NCBI GenBank assembly: GCA_965240325.2 | Contig: OZ251235.1 | Location: 124,001 to 188,000 of the forward strand | From: Rebecca billardiae RCC1528 | Lineage: Eukaryota > Protista > Haptophyta | Length of the DNA stretch: 64,000 nt | Reading direction: 5' to 3' | In this document: in pieces, positions 23,632 to 34,997 of the stretch | Position numbering within the stretch: position 1 is the stretch's first letter | How the letters are laid out: each line of letters opens with the position of its first letter | Notes under the pieces: generated by a model | Databases searched by the model: none | Seen by the model: only the letters and a program-made list of their open reading frames with translations | What the model was told of the DNA's origin: nothing | Position numbers and translations under genes: made by a program

Positions 23632-24438
23632 GGCCCGTCATTCTCACTAATCTCAGACGACGGGGCATCCAGTTCCGTTGATTCATTATTCACCGCGCAT
23701 ATCGTCATCAAACTATCATCAGTGACTATACGCCGCGCCTGAGCATATCGTCTTTGAATGGGTATCAGTGGTTGAGGAAGTCGTCGCCCTGGCCGCTGAG
23801 GATGCCTGCGCTGCCCAACCGGGCACGTCTGGCGCGCCAGCGCCGCGCGCGGCTCTACGCCAGCGACGGCGGCACGGCGGCAATACTGCCACTCGTCCCA
23901 GCCGATGCTGACGCGCATACTGCCACTCGCAGACTCGTTGCCTGACTTGCCTCGGTGCCTCCAGCCCTCCACATTCCACAAAGTTCTTTTGAGAATTCTG
24001 AACTCTTACGGCCGTTGGAGGTGGGTTTTGATTGGTGACCTTAACTTTTTCGGCGGGTACCATAACCAACGGTACGAGTGACGGCCTTAAGTGGTCAGAT
24101 TCGACTCACACGATTTCGATTCGTCATTGATGATGATGGGTTGACGGACGACGACGACGACGACGCCCTATTAATCGAAGGCCGGCCCGGAGGTGATTTG
24201 GAACCCTTTTAGAGAGCAGTTGTTTACGTATCCCTATGATAGTCAGAGTAGTGAATAACTACTACTAGAGTTTTTAAACAATAGAGGAAGCGGCGGACGC
24301 CGGACTAATTCTCGTCAACGCGGTTTCACCGAAACATCACCGAACTGCCTTCCGACACACCGCCTGTGAGCGTGGTCCTCGCCCACGGCCCACACGCAAC
24401 CCAAACGCCGCGGCCCGAACGCAGCCTGAGCGAGCTCG

Positions 24439-25695
24439 ATGGGTCAGCATGAGAGAGATGCGCGTGCCACCAAGCCTCCGCGGGCGTCATGGACGCTCGA
24501 GCTGCACAGCAAGTTCGAGTCGGCCGTCCAGAGCCTCGGCGGCATTGGCCACGCCATGCCAGTCGCAATCATGGAGGAGATGGGCGTGCCTGGATTGACG
24601 AGGGAGCAGGTCAAGAGCCACCTTCAAAGGTACAAGAACAGCTTGCGGACAGCCTCATCAAGCGCGCCCAGTGCGACTGACGCCTCCTCGGGCCAGGATG
24701 GCGAAGTGTGGTGGCCGACGCAACACTACTCCGTCTGCAGCCTCGCCGCCAACGGCACGTGGTCCGAGCAGCAGGCGCACGTTCAGATGCCCGGACTCGA
24801 GGGTGGCGGGCGTATGCCTGGCCCGTATACGCCGCCATTCGCCGCCCGGATGCCCCCCGGCCCGCTAGGGACCAGAACTCGAATGGATGGCGTTGCGGCA
24901 ACAGCCGCCGATCAGCAGAGTGGTGGGAATCCTCCTCAGCCGCGTGTCCCTTTGTGGGAGCCATCGCATGAGAGCCACCCCGTCCACCCGCCCGGGTACA
25001 CGTATGCCTCGATACAGCAGCCTCCACCACGCACGCCGCAGATGCACGCCTGCGGACAGGTGCTCCCGCAGCAGCACGGGGCATTGGTGAGGCACGGCAC
25101 GTGGCTGCAGCCGCAGCAAGCTGAGCCATCTTCTTCTTACTGCGGCCACCACATGTCCAACGGCGGGATGATGATGACGGCAGTGGGGCCACACGGCGCG
25201 ATCGCAAACGCGGTGCCGCCCGTCAGAGCCCTGTCCGGCGCCGCTGTCCCAATACCCAGCCCGACCGCGCGCATGCATCAGCCCGCAGGCCATGAATCTT
25301 CACGCGGCTGGCACGCACAGCCCGGAGGTGGAGGAGCAGGCGGCAGCGGAGACGAAGCCCCCGTGTGCGCACGCACTGCCCGCCGCTTCGAGCGGCAGCT
25401 GCTTCCAGCACCAGCCTCGTGGAGTAACGGGGGCTCGATTGCAGCCGGGCACAGCGAAGACCTCGACGACGAGCGGAGCTGGTGTGAGCTCCGCCGCATC
25501 CACCACGAGCTTACTAATTCGCTTGACCAGCAGCTGGAGAGGGCACGGCACCATCCACGAGTGCGAGCAAAAGCTCTCCGGAGAGCGCGAAGGGAAGCGC
25601 TCAGCCTGCGGAGAGGCGCGTGGGCTCTGCTCAAGACATGTCAGGACTTGGAGCTGGAGATGATCTGCAAGGAGATGGACCCTGCCGCCGGCTGA
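24439..25695 (+). CDS. GARP/Myb (SHAQKYF class) transcription factor, possibly PHR1/PSR1-like
   Basis: KPPRASWTLELHSKFESAVQSLGG...IMEEMGVPGLTREQVKSHLQRYK. C-terminal coiled coil ELRRIHHELTNSLDQQLE. Confidence 0.85.
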   Translation: MGQHERDARATKPPRASWTLELHSKFESAVQSLGGIGHAMPVAIMEEMGVPGLTREQVKSHLQRYKNSLRTASSSAPSATDASSGQDGEVWWPTQHYSVCSLAANGTWSEQQAHVQMPGLEGGGRMPGPYTPPFAARMPPGPLGTRTRMDGVAATAADQQSGGNPPQPRVPLWEPSHESHPVHPPGYTYASIQQPPPRTPQMHACGQVLPQQHGALVRHGTWLQPQQAEPSSSYCGHHMSNGGMMMTAVGPHGAIANAVPPVRALSGAAVPIPSPTARMHQPAGHESSRGWHAQPGGGGAGGSGDEAPVCARTARRFERQLLPAPASWSNGGSIAAGHSEDLDDERSWCELRRIHHELTNSLDQQLERARHHPRVRAKALRRARREALSLRRGAWALLKTCQDLELEMICKEMDPAAG

Positions 25696-26110
25696 GTAAG
25701 TCTCACACGCGCCGGCACGGCGGCCTCAGCCGCGCCCGTGGCCCGGCGGCCTGCGCGGCTGCGGCGCGGCAGCCGATCACGCGGAAATTCTGTGATGACG
25801 GATCAGCAGCTCATTCAGACTCAGGTCTCAGCATATCATATCGTCGTCAGAATGACGCGATGCGCGCAACCGTCGGACTGTGACGACGACTCGGCGGCGC
25901 GGCATATATAGTTAATAATAATACATCCGCGATATTAAAGCTGATTTAATCATTTAATTGGGCACTCGGCACGCCGAGCCGGCCACCGCGTGCAGTGGCC
26001 AGTGCGCAGGGAAGAGGGGTCGTCACTCGTCTCGTCGCGGCAGTCAGTCTCAGAGTCTGACTCTGTCGCGCGGATCCGCCTACTTCGGACAGCAGTCACA
26101 GGCGAGTAGC

Positions 26111-27250
26111 TCATGAGTCTAACGGCGGGCTTGCTGCTGTGATACCCTCGATGGAGGCCTTCTCAGTGGCGTCCGCCCTCTGCGTGCGCTTGCGCTGCGC
26201 TTCGATCGTCGCAACGAGCGCGAGACCCAGGTAGGCGGCGTTAATGATGTTGGACCAGTTGGTCAGATAGACCAGCATGTGTCCCTCTGGAGTATCCTCA
26301 ACAATCCAGATGAGGATGGCCAGCTGGAAGGCAAAGAGGACGGCGCGCACAGCGACGAATGAGCGAGGGGCGAGGAGCGGGCTCGAGCTGAATCGGTCCA
26401 CCCATTCGCCCCTCCCACCATCGATGGCGAGCGCCCCACGAGTGAGCTCGGCGCGCAGCCCCGCGCAGCCCGGCTTCTGAGCCGAGGGGAACAGCGCGGC
26501 TGCGGACACGCCCTGCCACCGCTTGAGCAAGGTCACGAGAAAGCTTGTCACCACGTGCGCCAGGGACGCGAGAATGATGCAAGCGACGACGAAGACGCCC
26601 GCGGACGCGGGCTCGTGCCACGAGTATACGTCGTAGATGTAGCCGCACCGGTCTGCAAACCTCGTCTCGCCCAGCTCCGTGCAGCCCGGCTGCCCGCCCT
26701 CAGGGCAATCGCACGGAATCTGCAGCCCGGTCGCGTGGAAGATGAGGCTCCAGCAGATGTACGTGAGCGCGTACAGGATGAGATAGACCACCTGCGGATT
26801 CGGGAGCGGAGACGACCGGCGCACCGTGGATCGCGCGGTCAGGCCCACCCGCGGTCGGTCGAGCGCTGGCCCACGGCCGGGGGCGCGCGCACAAGCCGCG
26901 CGCACATGTGCGAGAAGGAATGGCTGGGAGTTCAAGATCAGGTCGACGATGGTGAGCACCCAGTGGATGCCATGCCGGAACGGCTCGATTGGAGCGAGCC
27001 CATGCGCCGGGTTGTACAGCAACCACTGCGTGCGGCAACGGCGGGCATCAGCGGGGAGGGTGCGACCAAACAGTCATTTGGCGGTTGCGCGAGGGGCGAT
27101 GGCGAGGGCGACAGCCACGCGGCGCGCGCGCTGGCGCACCCAGTAGATGAGCCAGACCACAAATCCAGGCGACAGAGCGAGCGGGTACAGCAGCGTCGCC
27201 AGCCATGCGGCCGGCGAGGCGCGCGGGAACAGCGCGGGGTCCTCCGCCAT
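26111..27250 (-). CDS. Rolling stone / FAR-17a/AIG1-like multi-pass membrane protein with permuted motif order; exons 27250-27140, 27025-26906, 26791-26111
   Basis: WLIYW-WLLY, HGIHWVLTIVDLILNSQPFLLAH, YICWSLIFHATG, YIYDVYSW, then FVAVRAVLF and LVYLTNW. Two GT..AG introns keep the frame. Confidence 0.7.
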
Positions 27251-27378
27251 GGCCAGGCTTGGCGGTTGGCGGGCGTCCGCCGCCGGCGACTCGGCGGCGC
27301 GACCCGTCTTGAGTCTTGACGTGGCGGATCCACCCGGCATGCGCACTTATTTTCGTGAGCCTCCTCAGCGCGCGCACG

Positions 27379-28350
27379 ATGGCGGCCGCCGATGCTGACG
27401 ACGGTGAGTGGTGCCTCTTGGAGGTGCGCGCTCGCTCCGTGCGCGCCGACGGCGAGCCGTGGATGGTTCCTCCCGCGTCGACACCCGGCCCCACTCGCAC
27501 CGTCCGCGCTTCGCCCACCGGCCGCTCCCAGACGCTTCTCTGGTCCGAGTACACAGGCGGGGCGTACCTGCTGGGTCGGCACCACGCACGGCTGTCGGCG
27601 TCAGCGCACGCGCTGGGGCTCGCATGCCCGAGTCTCGACGAGCTCCGCGCGCGGATCGATGACACAGTGCACGCCATTGACGGTGCCCGCGCGCCCCAGC
27701 GCGTGCGTGTGCTCCTGAGCAAGCATGACTCGGGTGGCGAGAGCGCGCAGACATACTCTCTCGCCATCCAGTGCACGGCGCTGGCCTCTGAGCCGCACGC
27801 GCGATTCCCGCTCGTCGACAAGTCGGCGGCACCCCTGCCGGTCGTTCTAGACCCCGTCGGCGTGTCCTCCTCCCTCCCCGAGCTGCGGCACAAGAGCACG
27901 CGCAGGCGAGTCTACGACGAGGCGCGCGCCCGCGCGGGCTGCACACGGCCGGGCGGCGCCTTTGATGCCCTGCTGGCCAACGAGAGGGGGGAGCTGACTG
28001 AGGCGTGCATCGCAAACCTCGCGATCGCAGACGCGACCGCGAAGCCGTGGCGGACGCCGCCGCTTGCGTGTGGCCTACTCTCCGGCGTCATGCGCGCAGA
28101 GCTGCTCGCGCAGGGCGTGCTGGTCGAGGGCGTGTGCACCGCCGCCGAGCTCCGCTCCATCGTCGCGAGCCAACGAGCGCCTCGCCGCGTACTGGACGAT
28201 GGCGCACATGGCGCGAGTGTCGGGCATGCGGCACGCCAGTATCCGCGCGTGTACTGCTTCAACTCGGTCCGCGGCGTCTATGAAGTGTCCGTAGCCTTGC
28301 CTGGAGACGAATCCCTCAGGCTGAGCCTTGCAGATGCTGACGATCAATGA
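27379..28350 (+). CDS. Class IV PLP-dependent enzyme, probably 4-amino-4-deoxychorismate lyase (PabC/Abz2-like)
   Basis: LLGRHHARL, HKSTRRRVYDEAR (PLP Lys), DALLANERGELTEACIANL, WRTPPLACGLLSGVMRAELL, CFNSVRG. Confidence 0.8.
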   Translation: MAAADADDGEWCLLEVRARSVRADGEPWMVPPASTPGPTRTVRASPTGRSQTLLWSEYTGGAYLLGRHHARLSASAHALGLACPSLDELRARIDDTVHAIDGARAPQRVRVLLSKHDSGGESAQTYSLAIQCTALASEPHARFPLVDKSAAPLPVVLDPVGVSSSLPELRHKSTRRRVYDEARARAGCTRPGGAFDALLANERGELTEACIANLAIADATAKPWRTPPLACGLLSGVMRAELLAQGVLVEGVCTAAELRSIVASQRAPRRVLDDGAHGASVGHAARQYPRVYCFNSVRGVYEVSVALPGDESLRLSLADADDQ

Positions 28351-28605
28351 CCGACACTCCGGCGGCCAATACTACAAGCACAAGTTCAAAGTGACAAGGC
28401 ACGACCAAAGGGCCGTAGCACGACGACAGTGACTCACCCGGCTGAACTCCCGGTCGACCAGGCCCGGCCCTTGCGGTTGGGTCGACCGGGGGATCCAGAG
28501 CGGGCGGGGCGGGGCGGCCCGGACTGGTCGCGAAGCCACAACTCACAAGGGCCGTGACTCACAACCCCGACGCCCAGGACGACCGCAAACGGAAGCTCGG
28601 CGACG

Positions 28606-30861
28606 ATGACCGCGGCGTCGACGCCGGCGGCGCCGGGCACAGCGCTCACCGATGCCCAGAGAGAGCGCATGGCGCGCGCGCGAGCAGATGCCATCGCTCG
28701 CAAGGAGGCCCGCGCTGCCTCGCGCTCCGGCAGCGTGGCACCCCCGGCCGTCACGACGGTCGCGCCTCTGCCGGCCGTGGCGCCGCCGCTGCCGGCGCGC
28801 GCGCAGGAGCCCACCGCGACGATCGCCGCGTGGCTGCACGTCGACGACGCGAGTGCGGCGCCCCGCGAAGCGCTCGACGCGATCATTACCGCCTCGCCCT
28901 CGTGCGCGCTCGCGCGCGCGCGCCAAGACGCCGCGGCTCGCGATCAGCCGGGCGGCTCGAACAGCCCGCACCTTCCATCCGCGCGCGCCGAGCCGATTCT
29001 CGTGCTGACGATCGAGCACGTGGGCGAGGGTACGCCCGCCCCAATCGCGCGCGAGCTCGAGCGCATGGGCTGCGCGCGCGCAGACGCGCTCGCGGACAGC
29101 GTGCCCTTCCGCGCGCGCGCCACGCCGAGCGGCGCGCGCGTGCGGGGCTGGTGCCTTCCCCTCGAGGGCCATGACGCCATTGTGCGCGTCCTCGGCGCGT
29201 ACGCGCCGTCGGCGAGCCGGCCGCCGCGCGAAGGGGTCGTCGTGTACGGCCGCGCAGGCCACGCGGGCGCAAGCTCGGTGCAGCCGCTGCCTCCATGGCT
29301 GCTGCGCCTTTTTGCCCTGCCCGCGCAGCGGCCGAGCGCCGTGGCACCGCGCGGTGCGGGCAGTGGCGGAGCGGGCGAGGAGGGCGTGGATGCGGGATGG
29401 GCGGCGTTCCTCGCCTCCCCCGCCGGCCGATGCATCCCCGCCGCCCTCGCCGCCACGCTGCACGCGCACCAGCGCGCCGCCGTCGTCGAGATCGTGCTGG
29501 CACGCCAGGGCAGGTGCGCGTGTGACTGCGGCGACATCAGCGCCCCGCGCCGGCCTGCGCGGTCGCCTCACCTCCGCGTCCCCGCCGCGCGCCGCCCACT
29601 GAGCAGGAGCCTGCTGGCTGATGAGATGGGGCTGGGCAAGACACTCACGGCACTGGCAGTCGCGTGCGCGTACGGCGGCGCGCGCGGTCGAGAGGGCGCG
29701 GCGGAGGCGGCGGGCGCGGCTGCCGAGCGTGCGCCGCCTGCCCTCGAGCCGAGTGCGCGCCCTGCTGCTCCCGCGCTGCCCGTCGCACCCCCGGGCGGCG
29801 CGGGCGGCGGCGCGGCGCCACGAGCCGCCGCGCCGCGCGCCGCATCCGGCGCGGCCGAGCTCCCTCCCTGGTGCGGCAGCGGCGAGTGGCCACTGCTCGT
29901 GATCTGCCCGGCGGGCATGCGCGAGGCGTGGGCGCAGGCGCTCGAGCGCTGGGTGCCGCTCCTCGGCCCGACAGACATCCAGGCGCCCACCAGCACCTCC
30001 TCGGTGCTCAGGCCGGTGGCAGCGACCGTGCTCTCGCAGACGCTGCTGCCGCGGCTCGGCGCGCGCGTCGAGGCGTGCTACGCGGCGGCGGGCGCGCCCT
30101 TTGGCGTGGCGATCGTGGACGAGGTGCACCGCCTGTGCAACGAGTCGCTCACGCAGATGTGCATCGCGCGGCGGCTCACGCGCCGCGCGGCGCGGCTGCT
30201 GCTGCTGAGCGGCACGCCGATCGGCGACAGCCTGACGGAGGCGTGGCACCTGCTCGAGTGGCTGCGGGCGCACGACGTGTGCGCGGCGCTCGGCCTGAGC
30301 GCCGCGCTCTGGGCCGAGCGGTACACGCCCCTCGTGCCGAGCGCCGCGCCGGGCGGCGGCGGTGGCGGGCGCGGCGGGCGCGGCGGTGGCGCGCGCGGCG
30401 GGCGCGGCGTGCGCGCCGACCGCACCGCGGCCAATGCGTCGGAGCTGCACTTTGTGCTCACGCGGACGTGCATGGTGCGCAGGCTGAAGGGCGAGCTGCC
30501 CGGGGGCGCGCTGCCGCCCAAGCGCTCTGAGCGCGTGCGGCTGCGCGTGTGCAAGCGCGCCGAGCTCGCGGTGAGCGGGCGCGGCGCCCCAAGCAGCGTG
30601 CACGCGCTCGTGCAGCGCTGCCGCGCGGACGAGGAGGACGCGTGCGCCGACGACGCGGGCAGCGGCGCGCTCAGCGGGCTGAGCGAGTCGCAGCAGCACG
30701 CCCTCACGCTCTTCGCCGAGCTGCGCGCGGCGGAGGCGTGCGGCGCCGCCGAGCGCTCGATGCGGATGAACAGGCTGTGGATGGCGACGGGCGAGGCGAA
30801 GGTGGGCGCCGCCATCTGCTACCTCGCGCGCCGAGGCCTGCTGCGCGACGCGGCCGCCACA

Positions 30862-30896
<35 letters not shown>

Positions 30897-33585
30897 GCCG
30901 TCCGCCGCGGGCGCGGGCGCGGGCGCAGACGGCCGCGCGGCGGCGGAGGGAGACGACGGCGCGCTCGAGCGCCGCACCCTCCTCTTCGTGCGCCACCTGA
31001 GCGTGCTGCGCGCGCTGTGCACCGGGCTGCACACGCTGGGCGTGCCGCACGCAGCCATCCACGGCGCCATGCCCAGCGCCGAGCGGCTGGCGCTGTGCCG
31101 CACCTTCAACGGCGAGCTCAGCGCTGAGCCGCACTTGGCCGGCGCAGCCGCCGCCGCGGCCGGCGGCGTCGGCGGCGCCAAGGGTGGGCGCGGCGGCGAG
31201 GCGGGCGCGCGCGACGCGCGGCGCCCGGCGGTGATGCTGGCGACGATGGAGGCGTGCTCGGAGGGCCTCACGCTCACCGGCGCGACAGACGTGGTGTTCG
31301 CTGAGCTGCACTGGTGCGGCCAGCTGCTCAGGCAGGCGGAGGCGCGCGCGCACCGGCATGGACAGACGCGCGAGGTCTGCGTGCACTACCTGTGCTGGGA
31401 GGGCTCGCTCGACGAGTGGCTGTGGGGGACTGCCGTGCGCTCGCTCGGCACCAGCACGCGCGCGACGGACGGCGGCGCCCGCGCGGCAGAGGCGGCGCTG
31501 GCCGGCCCCGCGCTGCCTCGCGCCCGACCGCCGCGCACGCCGGGCCGCGCGCAGCCGGGCGCGGGGGCTGGCGCTGCCGAGGCGGACGCCGAGCCCGCGT
31601 GCGCGCGCGCGGCCGACTGCGGCGCCGACGCGGCCGCACGCGCCTCCGACGTGCCTCTTGCCTGCAGCACAGGGGCCGCGGCGGCGCCGGCCGCGGCGGC
31701 GCCGGTGACTTCCGACGCGGACGCGCCCGCAGCGCTCACGACCGCCTCAGCGGATGCGCCCGCGCAAATCGGCACGGAGCCAACGGCGGCACCGGCGGGC
31801 ACCGCCGCCACGGCGCTCTCCGCCGACTTCGCAGCGGCAGCCGGCACAGGGGCGGCCTCGGTGGCCGCCGTCGCGCCGTCGACGGCAGCCGACGCGCCCG
31901 CGCTCGCCGCCACGCCCGCGCACGGCGACGCGTCACTCCTGGACAGCTCCGCCATTTGCTCGGCGTCGTGCCTGCGGTTCGTCGTGTCGCGACTGTCTGG
32001 GCGCGCTCACCTGTGCGACCGCGCCGGCAGGCCGCTCGGCGCGAGCTTCTGTCCGCTCGAGGCGGCGGTGGCGCACGGCGCGACCGCAGCTGCGGTGGCG
32101 CAGGCGCTCGCGCCAGGCGCGGCAGACGCGCACGACGCGAGCAGCGCGCCCGCGCGCGGCGAGGCGGACGACGCCACCGTCGTCGCCGCCGCCGCCACCG
32201 CCGCCGCGCGTGGCGCGATGGCGGCCGCCTCGGATGCGTGCTGGCCCGCGCCCATCCTGCACGCACCGCCGCCGCTCCGGCACGCGTGCGCGCAGTTTGC
32301 GAGTGCGTGGACGTCCCTCGAGCCTCGGCTGCGGTACGAGTGCTCTCACTCGCTGCTGTGGCTGCCGCTGCCCGAGGCGGTGGACAGCATCCGCGCGGAG
32401 CGTACGGCGCACGTGGAGGCTGTGCCCGGGGGCGGGGCGAGCCGCACGCTTGAGCGCGGCGCGCTGCCGCTGAGGCCGCGGCCGCCGCCCGTCGGAGCGG
32501 CGGGGGAGGAGGGCGCGCTGGCTGAGGGCGCGCGCGGCGCAGAGCGCGCGCGGGAGGACGCCGAGCGCGGACGGATTGGGGACGAGTCGGCACCCGCGCC
32601 GGCTGCGCGCGCGCCGGCTGCTGCCCCAAGCCTCGCTGACTCCGACAGCGGCGCGCCCGCCCCGGGCCTAACGCGCGTGCAGCTGCGCTGGGGGATGCAC
32701 ACCCTGGCCGTCTGGCAGGACGCGCCGCTGGCGCCGCTCGCGGCAGCGGCCGCGCGGCTGCCCACGGGCAAGCTGGCCGCGGCGTGCGGCGGCGGCCTGC
32801 TCGCGCGCCAGTCGAAGCGCGCGAGCGGACAGCTCGTGCCCAGCGAGGTGGCCGCCAACGCGCGCCGCGCCGTGGACGTGGCGGTGGCGCTGGGCGCGGG
32901 CGTGCGCGTGCGGCACTGCCACTTCTGCGCGTGCGCCTTCGCGCCCGGCGTGCAGCTCGAGCCCTCGTCCGCCTTCTGCTCGGAGCGGTGCGCGCAGGAG
33001 TGGCACGTGCGCGTGCTGTGCAACCAGACGCGCCGCATCTGCTTCGAGCGCGACCGCGGCGTGTGCGCGCGCTGCGGTGCGGACATGCACGCGGCCTACC
33101 TCGCGATCCGACTGCTGAGCCCAGAGCAGCGCCGCGCGGAGCTCGTGCGCCGCTGCCCGGGGTTCGCCACCTCCGGCTGGCTGCGCCACGCGATGTTTGC
33201 GCCGCACGAGGGGCGGCTGTGGCACGCAGACCACGTCGTGCCCGTCAAGGACGGTGGCGGTGGGACGGGCGCGGACAACCTGCAGACGCTGTGCGTGCCG
33301 TGCCATCGGGGCAAGACGGCCAACGACGGGACAGCGGCCAGGCCGGCCGGGCGCCCCGGTGCGACGATGCAGCCCTGCGCGACCGGCTCGGCCGCGCCCC
33401 CCATGCCGAAACGCCCCAAGCTCGTGCTCGCCAAGCCGCAGCAGCCGCCGTGCGTGGCGACGACGGCTACGGTCATCGTCGTCGCAACTCCGATTCTCAT
33501 GACGACGATGACATCATTGATGACGAGATCGTGCACAACTGTGACGACAACGACGACGACGACGACAACGACGAACTACGAATGA
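28606..33585 (+). CDS. ZRANB3: ZRANB3-like SNF2 annealing helicase with C-terminal HNH endonuclease; in-frame intron 29514-29606
   Basis: LLADEMGLGKT, WPLLVICPA, IVDEVH, LLLLSGTP, GLTLTGATDVVFAELHW, QAEARAHRHGQ, FVVSRLSGRAHL, ERDRGVCARC, WHADHVVPVKDGGG...NLQTLCVPCHRGKT. Confidence 0.85.
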
Positions 33586-34616
33586 TGCTGAAGATGCACC
33601 ATCATCGCAGCGCAGCTGCATGCTGATATGATGTGAACCTGCCGCGCCGCCGGCGCGCCGCTGGGCGCTGGCACGGCGCTGATACAGTGCACTCCTGAAG
33701 CAGCGCGCGCTGGCCCAGCGCGCGCGCTGCCGATATATGATCTGAATAATATCTAATGACGATGACGACTGTGGACGCGTCAATATATGCTGTACATACA
33801 TGTATATCATCATCTGCTGACACTGCGCACCGATCAACGACTGTCGACTACCGAGTTATACGTACTATATACTACGACGCGAGTAGTTACTACGACGGCT
33901 GGCGGCGGATATTCCGGCGCGGATGGAATATATACGTAACAGTACGGTAGTCGGCGCAGTCCATCATCGTCCGCGTCGCGCGGCCGCCGGCGGCGCTGGC
34001 AGAGACAGAGGACTCTGTCCGTCAGAGTACAGGCAATCGCGCGGGCAATAATAAGGACGAGCTGTCACGTTAAGAAACTGGCGCGGATCTGGCCTAGAAA
34101 CTGAGCGACTAGCGATTGGCTGGTTCGCTATACGCATAGTCACACAAAGAAACGCCGGGACTACTAGCTACTGTCGTCGCGGCTGACGTGGTCCACCGAG
34201 GCGCAGTGCCCGTGGGACGCGGCGCCCACGGCCCGACTTCTCGAGTACAGCAGGCCAAGTCCCGACTTCTCTGACTGACTCCTGGCCAGGGCACCGCGGC
34301 ATCCATGCAACATCATGCCAGATTTATTGCTCCAAAATGGCCCGAATTTTTTATCGGCCTCGCCGGCCGGGCCTAAATGACTCAGCGGGGGACTTTGCCC
34401 CCTGCCGGCCCACCGTGCCTGCGCGGCGGGCGGACCTAGCTTAGAAGAAACCATGATGAGACTCCGTAGGCGCTCAGGCTATACCGACCGGCTAAAAAAC
34501 CGAGCAGACTAGCTGTCTGAGTCTAGCAGTGAGATCTCTAGCTTCGTGTTACCTGCGATTGCGCCTTGCCGCCTGCTGTAGTCCCGCACGGACGATCTCA
34601 ATTATAAGAGCAGTAT

Positions 34617-34663
34617 AGAGAGAGAGAGAGAGAGAGAGCAGAGATAGTAGCAGCGTATGAGTA

Positions 34664-34733
<70 letters not shown>
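34617..34733. repeat. (AG)11 and (AT)~33 microsatellites
   Basis: AG run at 34617-34638 and AT run at 34667-34733. Confidence 0.95.
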
Positions 34734-34734
<1 letters not shown>

Positions 34735-34997
34735 TGCTAAGTCGCGTACTGCTGCGTGCTCCTAATAAATATCCTAATAATATATATAAATAATCTATAA
34801 TAATAATATAAGATCCGAGTCGTCGCGAGTCTCATCAGACATCACGGACTCTCAGCGCAGAGTCCACATGCCCGCCGATTACGATCGGTCACGGTCCGCC
34901 GCTGCTCGTCTCTGCTGGCTCTGTATCATATAATACTCGTCACTGATGAAACGTGATACGACGCAGAACACATCCGACGATCATGTATATCGTAATC

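Noticed and set aside
33200-33330. HNH nuclease as a homing endonuclease or mobile element
   Set aside because: It is the normal C-terminal domain of ZRANB3, in frame with the SNF2 helicase.
33450-33626. Poly-Thr tail of ZRANB3 versus Asp-rich alternative frame, suggesting a frameshift
   Set aside because: This is low-complexity GAC-repeat sequence like the local 3' tracts, with no conserved motif to decide between frames.
34094-34515. Degenerate ~20-bp direct repeats (CTAGAAACTGAGCGACTAGC / CTAAAAAACCGAGCAGACTAGC) about 400 bp apart
   Set aside because: Too short and divergent, with no TSD or coding remnant to support an element.
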